A program made the position numbers and the translations under genes. The notes beneath the pieces were generated by a model. It was not told the origin of the DNA. It saw only the letters and a list, made by a program, of their open reading frames with translations, and did not search any database. This document shows, one piece after another, positions 1 to 9,556 of a stretch of DNA of 64,000 bases; the first letter of the stretch is position 1, and each line of letters begins with the position of its first letter. Source of the DNA: a virus; IMG/VR virus record IMGVR_UViG_3300037336_000053, positions 1 to 64,000 of that record, one strand, 5' to 3'.

Positions 1-2
1 AG

Positions 3-119
3 TTAAAAATACCAATTGCTGAAACTCCATTAAGTGCTCAACAAAGTAAATTCTTTAAAATAGTATATCAAAATCCTAGTAGAAATCCTGCACAACAATT
101 TGTAATTGATCCAGAATGA
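3..119 (+). CDS. 3' end of a gene entering from the left edge (..LSAQQSKFFKIVYQNPSRNPAQQFVIDPE*); partial
   Basis: Open frame from position 3 to TGA at 117-119, overlapping the next ATG (ATGA coupling). Confidence 0.7.
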   Translation, partial: LKIPIAETPLSAQQSKFFKIVYQNPSRNPAQQFVIDPE

Positions 120-1468
120 TTAATTTAAATTCCTTACCACAAGTTAAAAAAGAATTAGATGCTGTTGGCTGTGGATTTTGCCTGGCTAAATGGACACAAG
201 TAACTATGCATCTTGGATCTGGCATAACACATAGTTGTCATCATGTAGGTGCCCATAAAATTCCATTAGATGAACTTGCAGTTAATCCGAGTGCATTACA
301 TAACACTAATTTTAAAAAAGAAATTAGAAAAGAAATGCTTGCAGGCAAGCGTCCTGCCGAATGTGATTATTGTTGGCGAATTGAAGATAATACTAATAAC
401 TTTAGTGATAGAATTACTAAAAGTTCTGAAACATGGAGCCAGACTGATAAAAAGAAAATAATCACGTCAACTGGCGATGAAAATGTCTATCCACGATATG
501 TAGAAGTTAGCTTTTCAAACGTTTGTAATTTTAAATGTACATACTGCGGCCCGGCATTTAGTAGCAAATGGACTGAAGAAATAAAATTCAATGGCCCTTA
601 TATATTAAAAAATAATCATTATAATACAATTAAAGAAACAGAAGTACCTATTCTTGAAAGAGAAGAAAATCCGTATATTGAAGCATTCTGGAAATGGTTT
701 CCGGAAGCAGTAAAACACATGCATGTATTTAGAATTACAGGTGGAGAACCTTTATTAAGTAAACATACTAACCGTGTAATTCAGTATTTAATTGATAATC
801 CCCAGCCTAATTTACAATTTGCTATAAACAGTAACGCATGTCCACCGTCTTCGATATGGAAAGAGTTTGTTACTTCTATAAAAAATTTAGAGTCTTCAAA
901 ATCTATTAAATCTTTTGAATTATACACCAGTGCAGAAAGTGTTAAAGGTCAAGCCGAATACAGTAGAGATGGAATGGATTGGAAATTATTTAATTCAAAT
1001 ATTAAGTACTTTTTAGAACAGACTACTGATATTAAGATTTGTTTTATGAGTGCATTTAATATTTTAAGTTTGCCTACAATCTACAAATATGTTTGTCATA
1101 TAGAAAAATTAAAGCGAGATTTTGGCGAACGAGTAGTTATGGACTTTGCATACGTTAGACATCCACAGTTTCTTGATATTAAAATTGCAACTAAGGAAAT
1201 GGTCGAAACATATCTAAAGACTACTATAGATTTTATGATTGAACGAAGAAAAAAGAACAAACGATTTAAGATGGATGAGATTTTAAAATTAGAAAGAATA
1301 TATAACGATTGTATTGCTCATTTTAAAAAAAACATTAATGTAAATGAAGATAGATTTAGATTTGTGCAATTTGTAAATGAATACGATCGTCGTAGAAATA
1401 AAAACTTTTTAGAAATATTTCCAGAGTACAAAGAATTTTACAAGTTATGTGAGAACAGCAATGTATGA
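116..1468 (+). CDS. Radical SAM protein with N-terminal twitch/SPASM-type Cys cluster
   Basis: CNFKCTYC (CxxxCxxC), ITGGEP, N-terminal CLAKW..SCHH and CDYCW motifs. Confidence 0.9.
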   Translation: MINLNSLPQVKKELDAVGCGFCLAKWTQVTMHLGSGITHSCHHVGAHKIPLDELAVNPSALHNTNFKKEIRKEMLAGKRPAECDYCWRIEDNTNNFSDRITKSSETWSQTDKKKIITSTGDENVYPRYVEVSFSNVCNFKCTYCGPAFSSKWTEEIKFNGPYILKNNHYNTIKETEVPILEREENPYIEAFWKWFPEAVKHMHVFRITGGEPLLSKHTNRVIQYLIDNPQPNLQFAINSNACPPSSIWKEFVTSIKNLESSKSIKSFELYTSAESVKGQAEYSRDGMDWKLFNSNIKYFLEQTTDIKICFMSAFNILSLPTIYKYVCHIEKLKRDFGERVVMDFAYVRHPQFLDIKIATKEMVETYLKTTIDFMIERRKKNKRFKMDEILKLERIYNDCIAHFKKNINVNEDRFRFVQFVNEYDRRRNKNFLEIFPEYKEFYKLCENSNV

Positions 1469-2132
1469 TGTAATTTTTATAAGTTATAACGAAGTTCAAG
1501 CAGATGAAAATTGGAATATATTAAAAGCACGAATGCCTTGGGCTATACGTGTGCATGGAGTTAAAGGGATACATCAAGCACATATCGAAGCAGCAAAGAA
1601 GGCATTTACTCAAATGATATGGATTGTTGATGCTGACGCAATTATTGTAGATGATTTTGATTTTAGTTATATGCCACATCGAGATGACAGAGATGCTGTT
1701 CACGTATGGCGTAGTAAAAATCCTATTAATGATTTAGAATACGGATACGGTGGAGTAAAATTATTTCCGAGATTAGCAACTGTAAACATGGAGACAAGTA
1801 AGACAGACATGACTACTAGTATTAGTGATAAATTTGTGCTTATGGAAGAAGTTAGTAATATCACTGCATTTAATGTAGATGAATTTAGTACATGGCGTAG
1901 TGCATTTAGAGAATGTACTAAACTTGCAAGTAAAATAATAGATAGACAAAACGAGGAAGAAACAAATGAAAGACTCAAAATATGGACAACAGTGGGAGGA
2001 GATGCTCCCTTCGGCGAATATGCTATTAAAGGTGCTTGTGCTGGCAGGAAGTACGGGCTTTCTAGCGGGGCTGATCTTGGGTTGATAAACGACTTTAACT
2101 GGCTTAAGGAGAAATACAATGCAGATTGCTGA
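1461..2132 (+). CDS. Glycosyltransferase (GT-A fold)-like protein
   Basis: Starts DVIFISYNE and carries WIVDADA (DxD). ATG at 1461 overlaps the upstream stop by 8 nt (track start 1449). Confidence 0.6.
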   Translation: MYDVIFISYNEVQADENWNILKARMPWAIRVHGVKGIHQAHIEAAKKAFTQMIWIVDADAIIVDDFDFSYMPHRDDRDAVHVWRSKNPINDLEYGYGGVKLFPRLATVNMETSKTDMTTSISDKFVLMEEVSNITAFNVDEFSTWRSAFRECTKLASKIIDRQNEEETNERLKIWTTVGGDAPFGEYAIKGACAGRKYGLSSGADLGLINDFNWLKEKYNADC

Positions 2133-2880
2133 AATACTAGATAGATTAGAATTACTATACCCGGATAACTCTATCTTTAGTGATCTTAGAAAAACCTTAT
2201 TAAGTCAAGATAAGTTTGCATTGTTTAGAATTATACAAGGATTAACAGGCAGTCAATTAATTGAAGGTATGCGTAAGTATAAGGACGATGACAGTTTTAA
2301 TGCAGACTGTTTTAGCCGAGGACAACTAGAAAGCAAACTATGGTTAGTAAAAGAACTTAGTGAACTTAAAGTTGATTTAGGCACAGTATTCTTGTGTGCA
2401 GGATGGTATGCTACACTTGCTACAATGTTATTTGAAAGTAACATTAAAGTAAATAAAGTTAGAAGTTTTGACATTGATCCTAGTTGCCGAAGTATTGCTG
2501 AAACATTTAATAACCCGTGGGTTAAGGATAACTGGCAATTTAAATCATCTACAAAAGATATCATGGATATTAATTATGAGTTCGAAAACTACGAAGTAAT
2601 TAGAGCTGACGGAACAACGTGTCCTTTAGCTGATACGCCTGATACTATTATTAACACAAGTTGCGAACACATAGAAAATTTCGAAGAATGGTATTCAAAG
2701 ATTCCGGATGGCAAATTAGTAGTATTACAAAGCAACAATTACTTTGAAATAGAAGAACATGTTAATTGTGTTGTAGATTTAGATGATTTTGACAGGATGG
2801 CACCTTTAACTTCTATCCTCTATACAGGAGAATTAGAATTACCTAAATATACTAGATTTATGCGTATAGGTTACAAATAA
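2119..2880 (+). CDS. Class I SAM-dependent methyltransferase-like protein
   Basis: VFLCAGWYA motif I-like segment, RSFDIDP acidic motif II, IINTSCEH. Confidence 0.6.
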   Translation: MQIAEILDRLELLYPDNSIFSDLRKTLLSQDKFALFRIIQGLTGSQLIEGMRKYKDDDSFNADCFSRGQLESKLWLVKELSELKVDLGTVFLCAGWYATLATMLFESNIKVNKVRSFDIDPSCRSIAETFNNPWVKDNWQFKSSTKDIMDINYEFENYEVIRADGTTCPLADTPDTIINTSCEHIENFEEWYSKIPDGKLVVLQSNNYFEIEEHVNCVVDLDDFDRMAPLTSILYTGELELPKYTRFMRIGYK

Positions 2881-3842
2881 GTTATGTATTCACTAATATT
2901 CGGTTTAGACGTGTGTCTTTGTGCTGCATCAACGGATTTGTCTAATATAGGACATATAAACCTACTTACTGAATCAGCGTAGCCGACTCCTACGATTAGA
3001 GTAGGAATAACACCAAGCATTTCTTTAAGACGCTTGGTGTTACTAAGACACCCACAGAATCCTATTGACAATCCTTTGGAAACAGCACTATATGCAACAA
3101 AGGATGCAGCTATTCCTGTATCAATCATAGTGTGACAGTTCTTATCAGCATTTGGTGCTCGAAATTCGTCGCCATATGTTCTATTAGAAAACACAAAAAG
3201 ATAAGGTGCTAATACTTGGCCGTTATATACTTTTGATTTGTTATATGTTTCGGTGCAGCCATAAATTGCTTTTTTACGATTGTCGTCTGTAAAGTTTTTT
3301 ACAATAGTAAGGTTGTATCTAATTAGGTTTTGTTTGCTCGGACTACACATATGTAGTTCATCTACAATTTCATTGATTACATAAAGTTCTGGAATTTTTT
3401 CACCCCAGGCAGCAGTTTGAGACTTTGCAGCAATTGCATTTTGCCAACTACTAAAATTTGAATATGAAAGGTCAATACCGTTTTGAAGCAAATAGATAAA
3501 TTTATCTATTAATAGTCCTGCATTTTCTTTAGCTTCGTTGCTAATTTCTAATTCTAAAATATCATTTTTTAAATTTTTATAAGCAGATATTTCTGAGTGT
3601 AACGAAATTAATTGTAACTTATTTCCTTTAAAAAATCTTGCAGCTACAAATTCAATCGGTTCTCCGTTACCAATTTCTATACATTGTGCAATTGCACGTA
3701 TTACATGCGTAGAATCTCTGCGGCATTTATCTAATAATATTACTCTTTTAGGATATAGTTGTTTAACAAATGCTTCTATTTTAGTTGCAAGCATGTTGCA
3801 ACTACTTCTTATTTTATTAGCAGAGGCAAGATCGTTATTCAT
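2871..3842 (-). CDS. Nitroreductase-family protein with unknown N-terminal domain
   Basis: C-terminal half has SPSKQN, APYLFVF and IDTGIAASFVAYSAVSKGLSIGFCGC, typical of the nitroreductase fold. ATG 3842 overlaps the upstream stop by 8 nt. Confidence 0.65.
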   Translation of the reverse strand: MNNDLASANKIRSSCNMLATKIEAFVKQLYPKRVILLDKCRRDSTHVIRAIAQCIEIGNGEPIEFVAARFFKGNKLQLISLHSEISAYKNLKNDILELEISNEAKENAGLLIDKFIYLLQNGIDLSYSNFSSWQNAIAAKSQTAAWGEKIPELYVINEIVDELHMCSPSKQNLIRYNLTIVKNFTDDNRKKAIYGCTETYNKSKVYNGQVLAPYLFVFSNRTYGDEFRAPNADKNCHTMIDTGIAASFVAYSAVSKGLSIGFCGCLSNTKRLKEMLGVIPTLIVGVGYADSVSRFICPILDKSVDAAQRHTSKPNISEYITYL

Positions 3843-4524
3843 AATATTCTTTAATGTTTCCTTTAGCTCTGTATTTATCTGAAGCAAGTTCTATTTTACC
3901 TTGTGTTCTATCCGTATACACAAGGCGAAACGTAATGTTCTTTTCTTTACAAATTTGTCTTGCAGTATCTATTTGATGCTCATTAAATGCAAATACAATA
4001 AATTGCCATTTAATATTTTTTTTCATTTCGCTGCCTAACATTATTGCATCGAAAATTAGTTGTGAATTTTGATTTTTTCTATACATATGACTTGTATCTG
4101 CTAACCCGTCAAGACCAAAAAACCAAGTGATGTTAGGCCCAGATAATTCAAATGCCTCTTTATACCATTCTATATTTTTTTGATGACCGGCTGTATGTAT
4201 TTTAAATGTACAATTTGGGTATTCGTTAGTACATATTTTTAATATTTCGAAAAACTCAGGATGATATACTGGATCACTAAATTGCCCACACAAAGAAATA
4301 TCATCTTTAAAAAAGTTGCAAATTTTACGAAAATCGTCCAGAGGTAAATCAAAAGATTCTGCAATTTTTTCTTTAAGTTCGATTTTCTTTTTATGTCTAT
4401 TATGTAGACCCAAGTATGCTCTAAAGCATTGTGGACATTGTAGAGGACATCGGTATGTAAGTTCAATATTTGCATTACTTACGTACTGCTGATGATATAC
4501 ATAATTTTTGTGTAAGTTATCCAC
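3835..4524 (-). CDS. Radical SAM core domain (no fused SPASM)
   Basis: CPLQCPQC, LCGQFSDP. Likely GTG start at 4524 after an AAGGAG SD (track start 4554). Confidence 0.85.
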   Translation of the reverse strand: MDNLHKNYVYHQQYVSNANIELTYRCPLQCPQCFRAYLGLHNRHKKKIELKEKIAESFDLPLDDFRKICNFFKDDISLCGQFSDPVYHPEFFEILKICTNEYPNCTFKIHTAGHQKNIEWYKEAFELSGPNITWFFGLDGLADTSHMYRKNQNSQLIFDAIMLGSEMKKNIKWQFIVFAFNEHQIDTARQICKEKNITFRLVYTDRTQGKIELASDKYRAKGNIKEYYE

Positions 4525-4807
4525 CGCATTTCTCCTTACATTTTGTAGGAGCAAGCTCTGGATTGCTGCGAAGCATTTCGATAAAGTCTTTCCATTGTTT
4601 GCTGTTAATAATAGACTCTATGTTTTGATTATTAGCGACCTTTAATTCTTCATCATATAATCCAAATTTTTCTAATTCTTTTTGATATGCCTTACTGTCT
4701 AACCAACAACACGGGAGCATAAATCCATTAGAAGCATATGCTATGCCTCTTACACGTTTTTCTTTTTCAACATTTGCAGGGAAACATCTTGGAGATAATT
4801 TAGTCAT
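4517..4807 (-). CDS. Stand-alone SPASM/twitch Fe-S domain protein
   Basis: PRCF..YASNGFMLPCCW..KCKEKCG, the twitch/SPASM Cys pattern. ATG 4807 overlaps the upstream stop. Confidence 0.7.
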   Translation of the reverse strand: MTKLSPRCFPANVEKEKRVRGIAYASNGFMLPCCWLDSKAYQKELEKFGLYDEELKVANNQNIESIINSKQWKDFIEMLRSNPELAPTKCKEKCGG

Positions 4808-5636
4808 ATCTAACACCTAATATTTTTGTTGTACCATAAATTTCTTTTTTTATTTCTGTAGGATCGCCTATTATTTTTCCTACTACTGCAAGCCCTACAG
4901 CACATTTGGGATCGTTTTTATAAAATCCCAATTGATTAAGTTTAGGACTCATTTTTTCCCACCATGCATGATATTGTGGAACATCACCTGGGCCTTTATT
5001 AAATCCTACACTAAAGTCGGCACTATAACAAAATTGCGGCCTAATATTATCATCGCCTACAACATCATCACCGTCTTTGAAGACATCCCAAATAGGTTTT
5101 CCTTTGTGACAATAGTTAAGTCTGATATCACCAGGCTGAAAATTTAAATTCCAATGCAAGTAGTCATCATCTTCTAACGGAAAAATAGGTCTATCCTTTA
5201 ATTGTACAACTATTCTACCCGAAGCACCAAGGTCTTCCCATCTGTGTATTAATATATTGTACTCTTGTATTGCATTTTTTACATCTCGCGGAGCATCAAC
5301 ATAAAATTGATTTGGAGATTCGTTTTCTCCACGCAATACTTCAAAGTAATGATGTAACCTATTGCTGACTTGCTGCGTCATAGTACCTTCAATACGATAA
5401 TCAATTACAAGTTTATAGTTGTTTACAATATCGATGCATTCGTTTAATGATGTAACTATTCGGGCTTCGGACCATTCTTGATTTAGATTATATATGCGAT
5501 GCGGTTCTGCTACATATGTGCCTGCATCTAAATGATCTCGTAACGCTGCGGCCCATTTTTGTCCAAGGGAGTGGTTGCATTCTTTAAATTGAATAGTGAC
5601 TATATTGTTGTCTTTTTCTAAATCTAAATAGAACAT
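4800..5636 (-). CDS. Hypothetical protein (278 aa) within the radical SAM operon
   Basis: Long ORF translationally coupled at both ends. No recognised motif. Confidence 0.75.
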   Translation of the reverse strand: MFYLDLEKDNNIVTIQFKECNHSLGQKWAAALRDHLDAGTYVAEPHRIYNLNQEWSEARIVTSLNECIDIVNNYKLVIDYRIEGTMTQQVSNRLHHYFEVLRGENESPNQFYVDAPRDVKNAIQEYNILIHRWEDLGASGRIVVQLKDRPIFPLEDDDYLHWNLNFQPGDIRLNYCHKGKPIWDVFKDGDDVVGDDNIRPQFCYSADFSVGFNKGPGDVPQYHAWWEKMSPKLNQLGFYKNDPKCAVGLAVVGKIIGDPTEIKKEIYGTTKILGVRYD

Positions 5637-6145
5637 TAACCAATCTCGCCTACCTTAATATATTTAGATGCAATATCTTTAAAGTCGTTATCGTCCTTAG
5701 CTTTTGTAATACATATACCGCAGCCACAATGTGTGTTAGGACAAACCATAGTAGGTGTTCTTCCTGCTTTAAATTGTTCCTCTAACCATTCTAAGTATTT
5801 GTCTCCGTCACTTATAGTAGTAATAGGCCCCTTCTCAGGAGTAAACTTATGAACAATATCTCCAAATTTTGCTGGATCAATATTAGCTGTGGGTGCTCCT
5901 TTTAATTTTCCCATACAAGTTTGATGATGGTAGACTGCATCTCTATCTTGTTCAATATGTAAAAAGAACCAGTTTACCATGCAGTTGTAGCCTTCAAAGT
6001 TTGATTGCTCTATAAACATTGCATCCTTAACTTCGCCGTCTTGCTTAATTGTCATGCAGCGACCGCCGCAACACATCCGGCCCATTTTACGAGCATCGCC
6101 GTCTTCTACAGTGTTTTTAATTTCTATTGGTTTTGATTCAGACAT
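5636..6145 (-). CDS. Cys-rich auxiliary Fe-S domain; separately encoded C-terminal part of the adjacent radical SAM
   Basis: CCGGRC, NCMVNWFFLHIE, HHQTC and CPNTHCGCGIC. ATG 6145 has a GAGG SD 6 nt upstream. Confidence 0.7.
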   Translation of the reverse strand: MSESKPIEIKNTVEDGDARKMGRMCCGGRCMTIKQDGEVKDAMFIEQSNFEGYNCMVNWFFLHIEQDRDAVYHHQTCMGKLKGAPTANIDPAKFGDIVHKFTPEKGPITTISDGDKYLEWLEEQFKAGRTPTMVCPNTHCGCGICITKAKDDNDFKDIASKYIKVGEIG

Positions 6146-6887
6146 TTTGAGCCTCACGTTTAACACGAAGTTCTTCAACTTCTTTATTTTTAGTGTTCCA
6201 ATGATTTTTGACATAATCTAATTGTTCTGCGGTGTATACGTGACTAGTTCTACGCATTGCACCGTCCATGTCTTTAAACCACTTAGATCTAAATTTTCCA
6301 TCGTCTCCAATAGTTCTTGGAATATATTTTATATTATTTGGTTTAAGAAAATTTTCTATTAAATCTACAGTTTCGTCAAAGTAATCCATGTGCATCATTA
6401 CATTTACTTTGAGCTTTTGCGGGTTTGGTATATTCTCATGTACCCATAATAGATTTTCACGTACAAGGGCTTTTTGTTTAGTGTTGCCTTCGCAATGATA
6501 TGAAACGGTAATACTGTCCATATTATCTATTAAGAACTTTCCTCTATTTTTACTCCAGGCACCATTAGTTGTTAAGTTAAGTTTCATGTAAGGGTAATTT
6601 TCCTTAAGAAACGGCACTAATTTATAAAATGCAGGATTAATTGCAGGCTCGCCTCCTGTAAACGAAATCATAACGTCCCAGTCAACTGCATGATATTTTT
6701 TATATAAGGAATAGTACTTATGTATAAACTCGGCAGTTTTTTTGTATTCCTCAAAGTCGTTAAATGGTGCAGTAGTTGAATGCATCCACCCTGTACAATA
6801 GGTACAATCAAAGTTGCAACGTCTACCTAAGTCCCATACTATCATTTTAAGGGGCTTTTTAGCATCTGAATATATGTAATCTAACAT
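6138..6887 (-). CDS. Radical SAM core domain
   Basis: CNFDCTYC, FTGGEP, LTTNG. Confidence 0.9.
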   Translation of the reverse strand: MLDYIYSDAKKPLKMIVWDLGRRCNFDCTYCTGWMHSTTAPFNDFEEYKKTAEFIHKYYSLYKKYHAVDWDVMISFTGGEPAINPAFYKLVPFLKENYPYMKLNLTTNGAWSKNRGKFLIDNMDSITVSYHCEGNTKQKALVRENLLWVHENIPNPQKLKVNVMMHMDYFDETVDLIENFLKPNNIKYIPRTIGDDGKFRSKWFKDMDGAMRRTSHVYTAEQLDYVKNHWNTKNKEVEELRVKREAQNV

Positions 6888-6988
6888 GAAATCTCCGTTA
6901 TATAAAGTACTTATATGAACGTGTAGCCGTAAAGTATGATACTGAGCACAAATAAAGATAATTAATTAGTATAGGAGTCATTATTATC

Positions 6989-7717
6989 ATGTCAACACCA
7001 GTTCCAAAAGCCAATAGATTTAAAACAGCCAACTACTACTATAGTTTAATGACAGATCCGACGTCAATTGAACCTTCGCAAGAAGATATTAAGTGCGAAT
7101 TGCAGCTACAAGCATTATCAGATTTTGAACCTCTTAGATTTAGTGTAGATTATTACCAGTTCAAAGATGAAATAAAGGAATTTGACAACCAATGGGTAGA
7201 CTATCTACCAAGAGAAGGCATCACTAATGACAGACAAGGGCTATTACTTGTGGGTCTAGAAGGTGATAGATGTACAGATAGTCTAAGTTTACCTGAAGCT
7301 AGGCTACGTGTTAATAATCCTAGACTGAATGAAACAGATTTCACACAACCTACAGAGTTATATAAAAAATTAACTTGTTTGCATGAGATATTAGATTATT
7401 GGAAGCCTATTAATAGGTCAATGTTAATTAAAACTAATGCAGGTGGGTGGTTTCCTCCGCATAAAGATCATCCTCTTATTAACAGAAGTACTTTTAGAGT
7501 AGTTGCATTTATTGGCCCGTTTGTAGACCACGAAGCATACGAATGGGAAATGAATGGAAGACGTTGGCCTATACAACCAAATAGAGCGTATTATGTAGAC
7601 ACACGAAAAACTCATAGAACACATAGTTGGCAAAATGATTCTATTCACCTAATTATGAACATTCCTAAAACATGGGAAAATGTTATTAAGTTAATGTCAG
7701 TAACTAAGGCATACTAA
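6989..7717 (+). CDS. 2OG-Fe(II) oxygenase, aspartyl/asparaginyl beta-hydroxylase-like
   Basis: FPPHKDHP (HxD) and distal YYVDTRKTHRTHS His; AGGAG SD. Confidence 0.7.
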   Translation: MSTPVPKANRFKTANYYYSLMTDPTSIEPSQEDIKCELQLQALSDFEPLRFSVDYYQFKDEIKEFDNQWVDYLPREGITNDRQGLLLVGLEGDRCTDSLSLPEARLRVNNPRLNETDFTQPTELYKKLTCLHEILDYWKPINRSMLIKTNAGGWFPPHKDHPLINRSTFRVVAFIGPFVDHEAYEWEMNGRRWPIQPNRAYYVDTRKTHRTHSWQNDSIHLIMNIPKTWENVIKLMSVTKAY

Positions 7718-8373
7718 TGAAAATAGCAATATTTGGATGCAGTTGGAGTTCAGGTATTCAAAGTGTAGATGGTAGTAGCTGCTGGCCACACGAATTAGCT
7801 AAAATTAGTTCGGACTGGAAAATTTATAATTTTTCATCTAGCGGTACATCTTTAATTTGGAGTTTAAAAAATTTATTAGATGTAAAAGATGCTTGGAAAA
7901 ACGAAGATGTATTTTACATATTTCAGTATACTAATAGAAATAGATATACCTTTATAAACTCCAAATTTAATATATTAAACTATTTGCAAAATTGTCCTAC
8001 TCAGCATAATTACTACAAAATTTCTAATCATATAGATAAACATATTACAAAAATTAGTCCTGCTAATATAGGGAAAGGCAATAAGAACGCACATTATAAT
8101 TATTTTCAACAATGGATTACACATCACGAGGCTTACGGTCTTCCTGATTATATAAGTCATATAAATTATATACAAAATAATGTTAATTTTTCGTTTTTTC
8201 ATAGACAGACAGATATTAATGATATTGATATACTAGCAATAGAAGATATTTTAGGAAAAAATAAATTTGGTGAATACTCAAAAGACAACGGCAATCATTT
8301 TGGAATTAATGGAGCAACGTGGCAAGCTGAATATATAAAAAATGCAATTACTTCTATTGCAACAACAAATTAA
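7717..8373 (+). CDS. SGNH/GDSL hydrolase-like protein
   Basis: IFGCSWS (block I Ser), NFSSSGTS, FQYT and DNGNHF (DxxH). Confidence 0.6.
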   Translation: MKIAIFGCSWSSGIQSVDGSSCWPHELAKISSDWKIYNFSSSGTSLIWSLKNLLDVKDAWKNEDVFYIFQYTNRNRYTFINSKFNILNYLQNCPTQHNYYKISNHIDKHITKISPANIGKGNKNAHYNYFQQWITHHEAYGLPDYISHINYIQNNVNFSFFHRQTDINDIDILAIEDILGKNKFGEYSKDNGNHFGINGATWQAEYIKNAITSIATTN

Positions 8374-8390
8374 ATAAGGGACTAAGATAG

Positions 8391-9089
8391 TTGCGTACAT
8401 CTAAACAAATTAATCAAATAGAACTGACACATAGTATGCCTGTTCGGTTATTAAATGCTATATCGTCAGAGTCTATAACATCATTAATAGACTACTATAA
8501 TATTAGTAATTCTATAATACAAAAAAACACAGGACCAAAAGTCTGTGTTATCAATGAAGGCGATGACGTAATTGATAATATATTAGAATCTTTAAGAACT
8601 GAATTTGGTAATTTTAAAGTTCGTACAGCACATTATTTTGATGTATCAACTCCGCACATCGTTCATGTAGATGATGATTTTAATTATTCAAATTCGTATA
8701 AAGCATTTACGATTCCTTTACTAACTGAAGGTGCTGATTGTAATTTGGCAAAATTAATATTTTTTGATCAATACTATTACGGCGGCCCAGCAAAATTTAT
8801 TCGAAACGGTCCTGCAAATAAAGTAGAATATTATAATAAAAATTTGTATGTATATGATGATGTTAAAGGATTAAACAACAACGGTATTCCTGCAAATGTT
8901 CTATCAATGTTAAGTCATTTACGCCCGCAATGGTTAGAAGGACTTAGTATTAATTCTTACTTTCCTTGGACAATAGGATCTGTTATTGCATTTGATTCTT
9001 TACAGCTACATTGTGCAAGTAATTTCAAAGAGCAGGGTATAACACGTAAGTTGGGCATAAGTATATTTACAACGTTAGACAAGGAGTAA
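8391..9089 (+). CDS. 2OG-Fe(II) oxygenase-like protein
   Basis: PHIVHVDDD (HxD) and AFDSLQLHCAS distal His, then a conserved RKLG. Confidence 0.6.
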   Translation: MRTSKQINQIELTHSMPVRLLNAISSESITSLIDYYNISNSIIQKNTGPKVCVINEGDDVIDNILESLRTEFGNFKVRTAHYFDVSTPHIVHVDDDFNYSNSYKAFTIPLLTEGADCNLAKLIFFDQYYYGGPAKFIRNGPANKVEYYNKNLYVYDDVKGLNNNGIPANVLSMLSHLRPQWLEGLSINSYFPWTIGSVIAFDSLQLHCASNFKEQGITRKLGISIFTTLDKE

Positions 9090-9091
9090 CT

Positions 9092-9556
9092 ATGGAGTTA
9101 TGTATTAGTGAATTGCATTTACGAAAACCACCTTGGAGATTAAGAAATAAACTTATAGCAGATCATTTAGAAAAAAATAAATCAGTAATAGATATCGGCG
9201 GCGGAGCAGCAAATTTATTAAATTATTATAAACCGTCAACTTATCTTTGTATAGACGGTATGCCAATGCCCGAAGTTGATCTTGTTGTAGATTTAAACAC
9301 TGATTATCAAACACATGTATCAGCCGGATGGGACTATGCAGTTAATAGTGGTATACTCGAATATGTCGAACAAGTTGACCGGTTTCTTTTTAAACAAAAA
9401 GACCTAGCAAAAGAACATATTTTTACATGGTACCCTGATAAACTTATGGGTAGGATGAGCTTTGATCGTATAGAAGATATAATAACACAAAATTATAGTA
9501 TACAATATTCAGTGCCTTGGGGATCTCAAAAAATGTATAAGTGTACACCTTTATGA
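9092..9556 (+). CDS. Class I SAM-dependent methyltransferase
   Basis: VIDIGGGAANL motif I, SGILEYV; AAGGAG SD. Confidence 0.7.
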   Translation: MELCISELHLRKPPWRLRNKLIADHLEKNKSVIDIGGGAANLLNYYKPSTYLCIDGMPMPEVDLVVDLNTDYQTHVSAGWDYAVNSGILEYVEQVDRFLFKQKDLAKEHIFTWYPDKLMGRMSFDRIEDIITQNYSIQYSVPWGSQKMYKCTPL

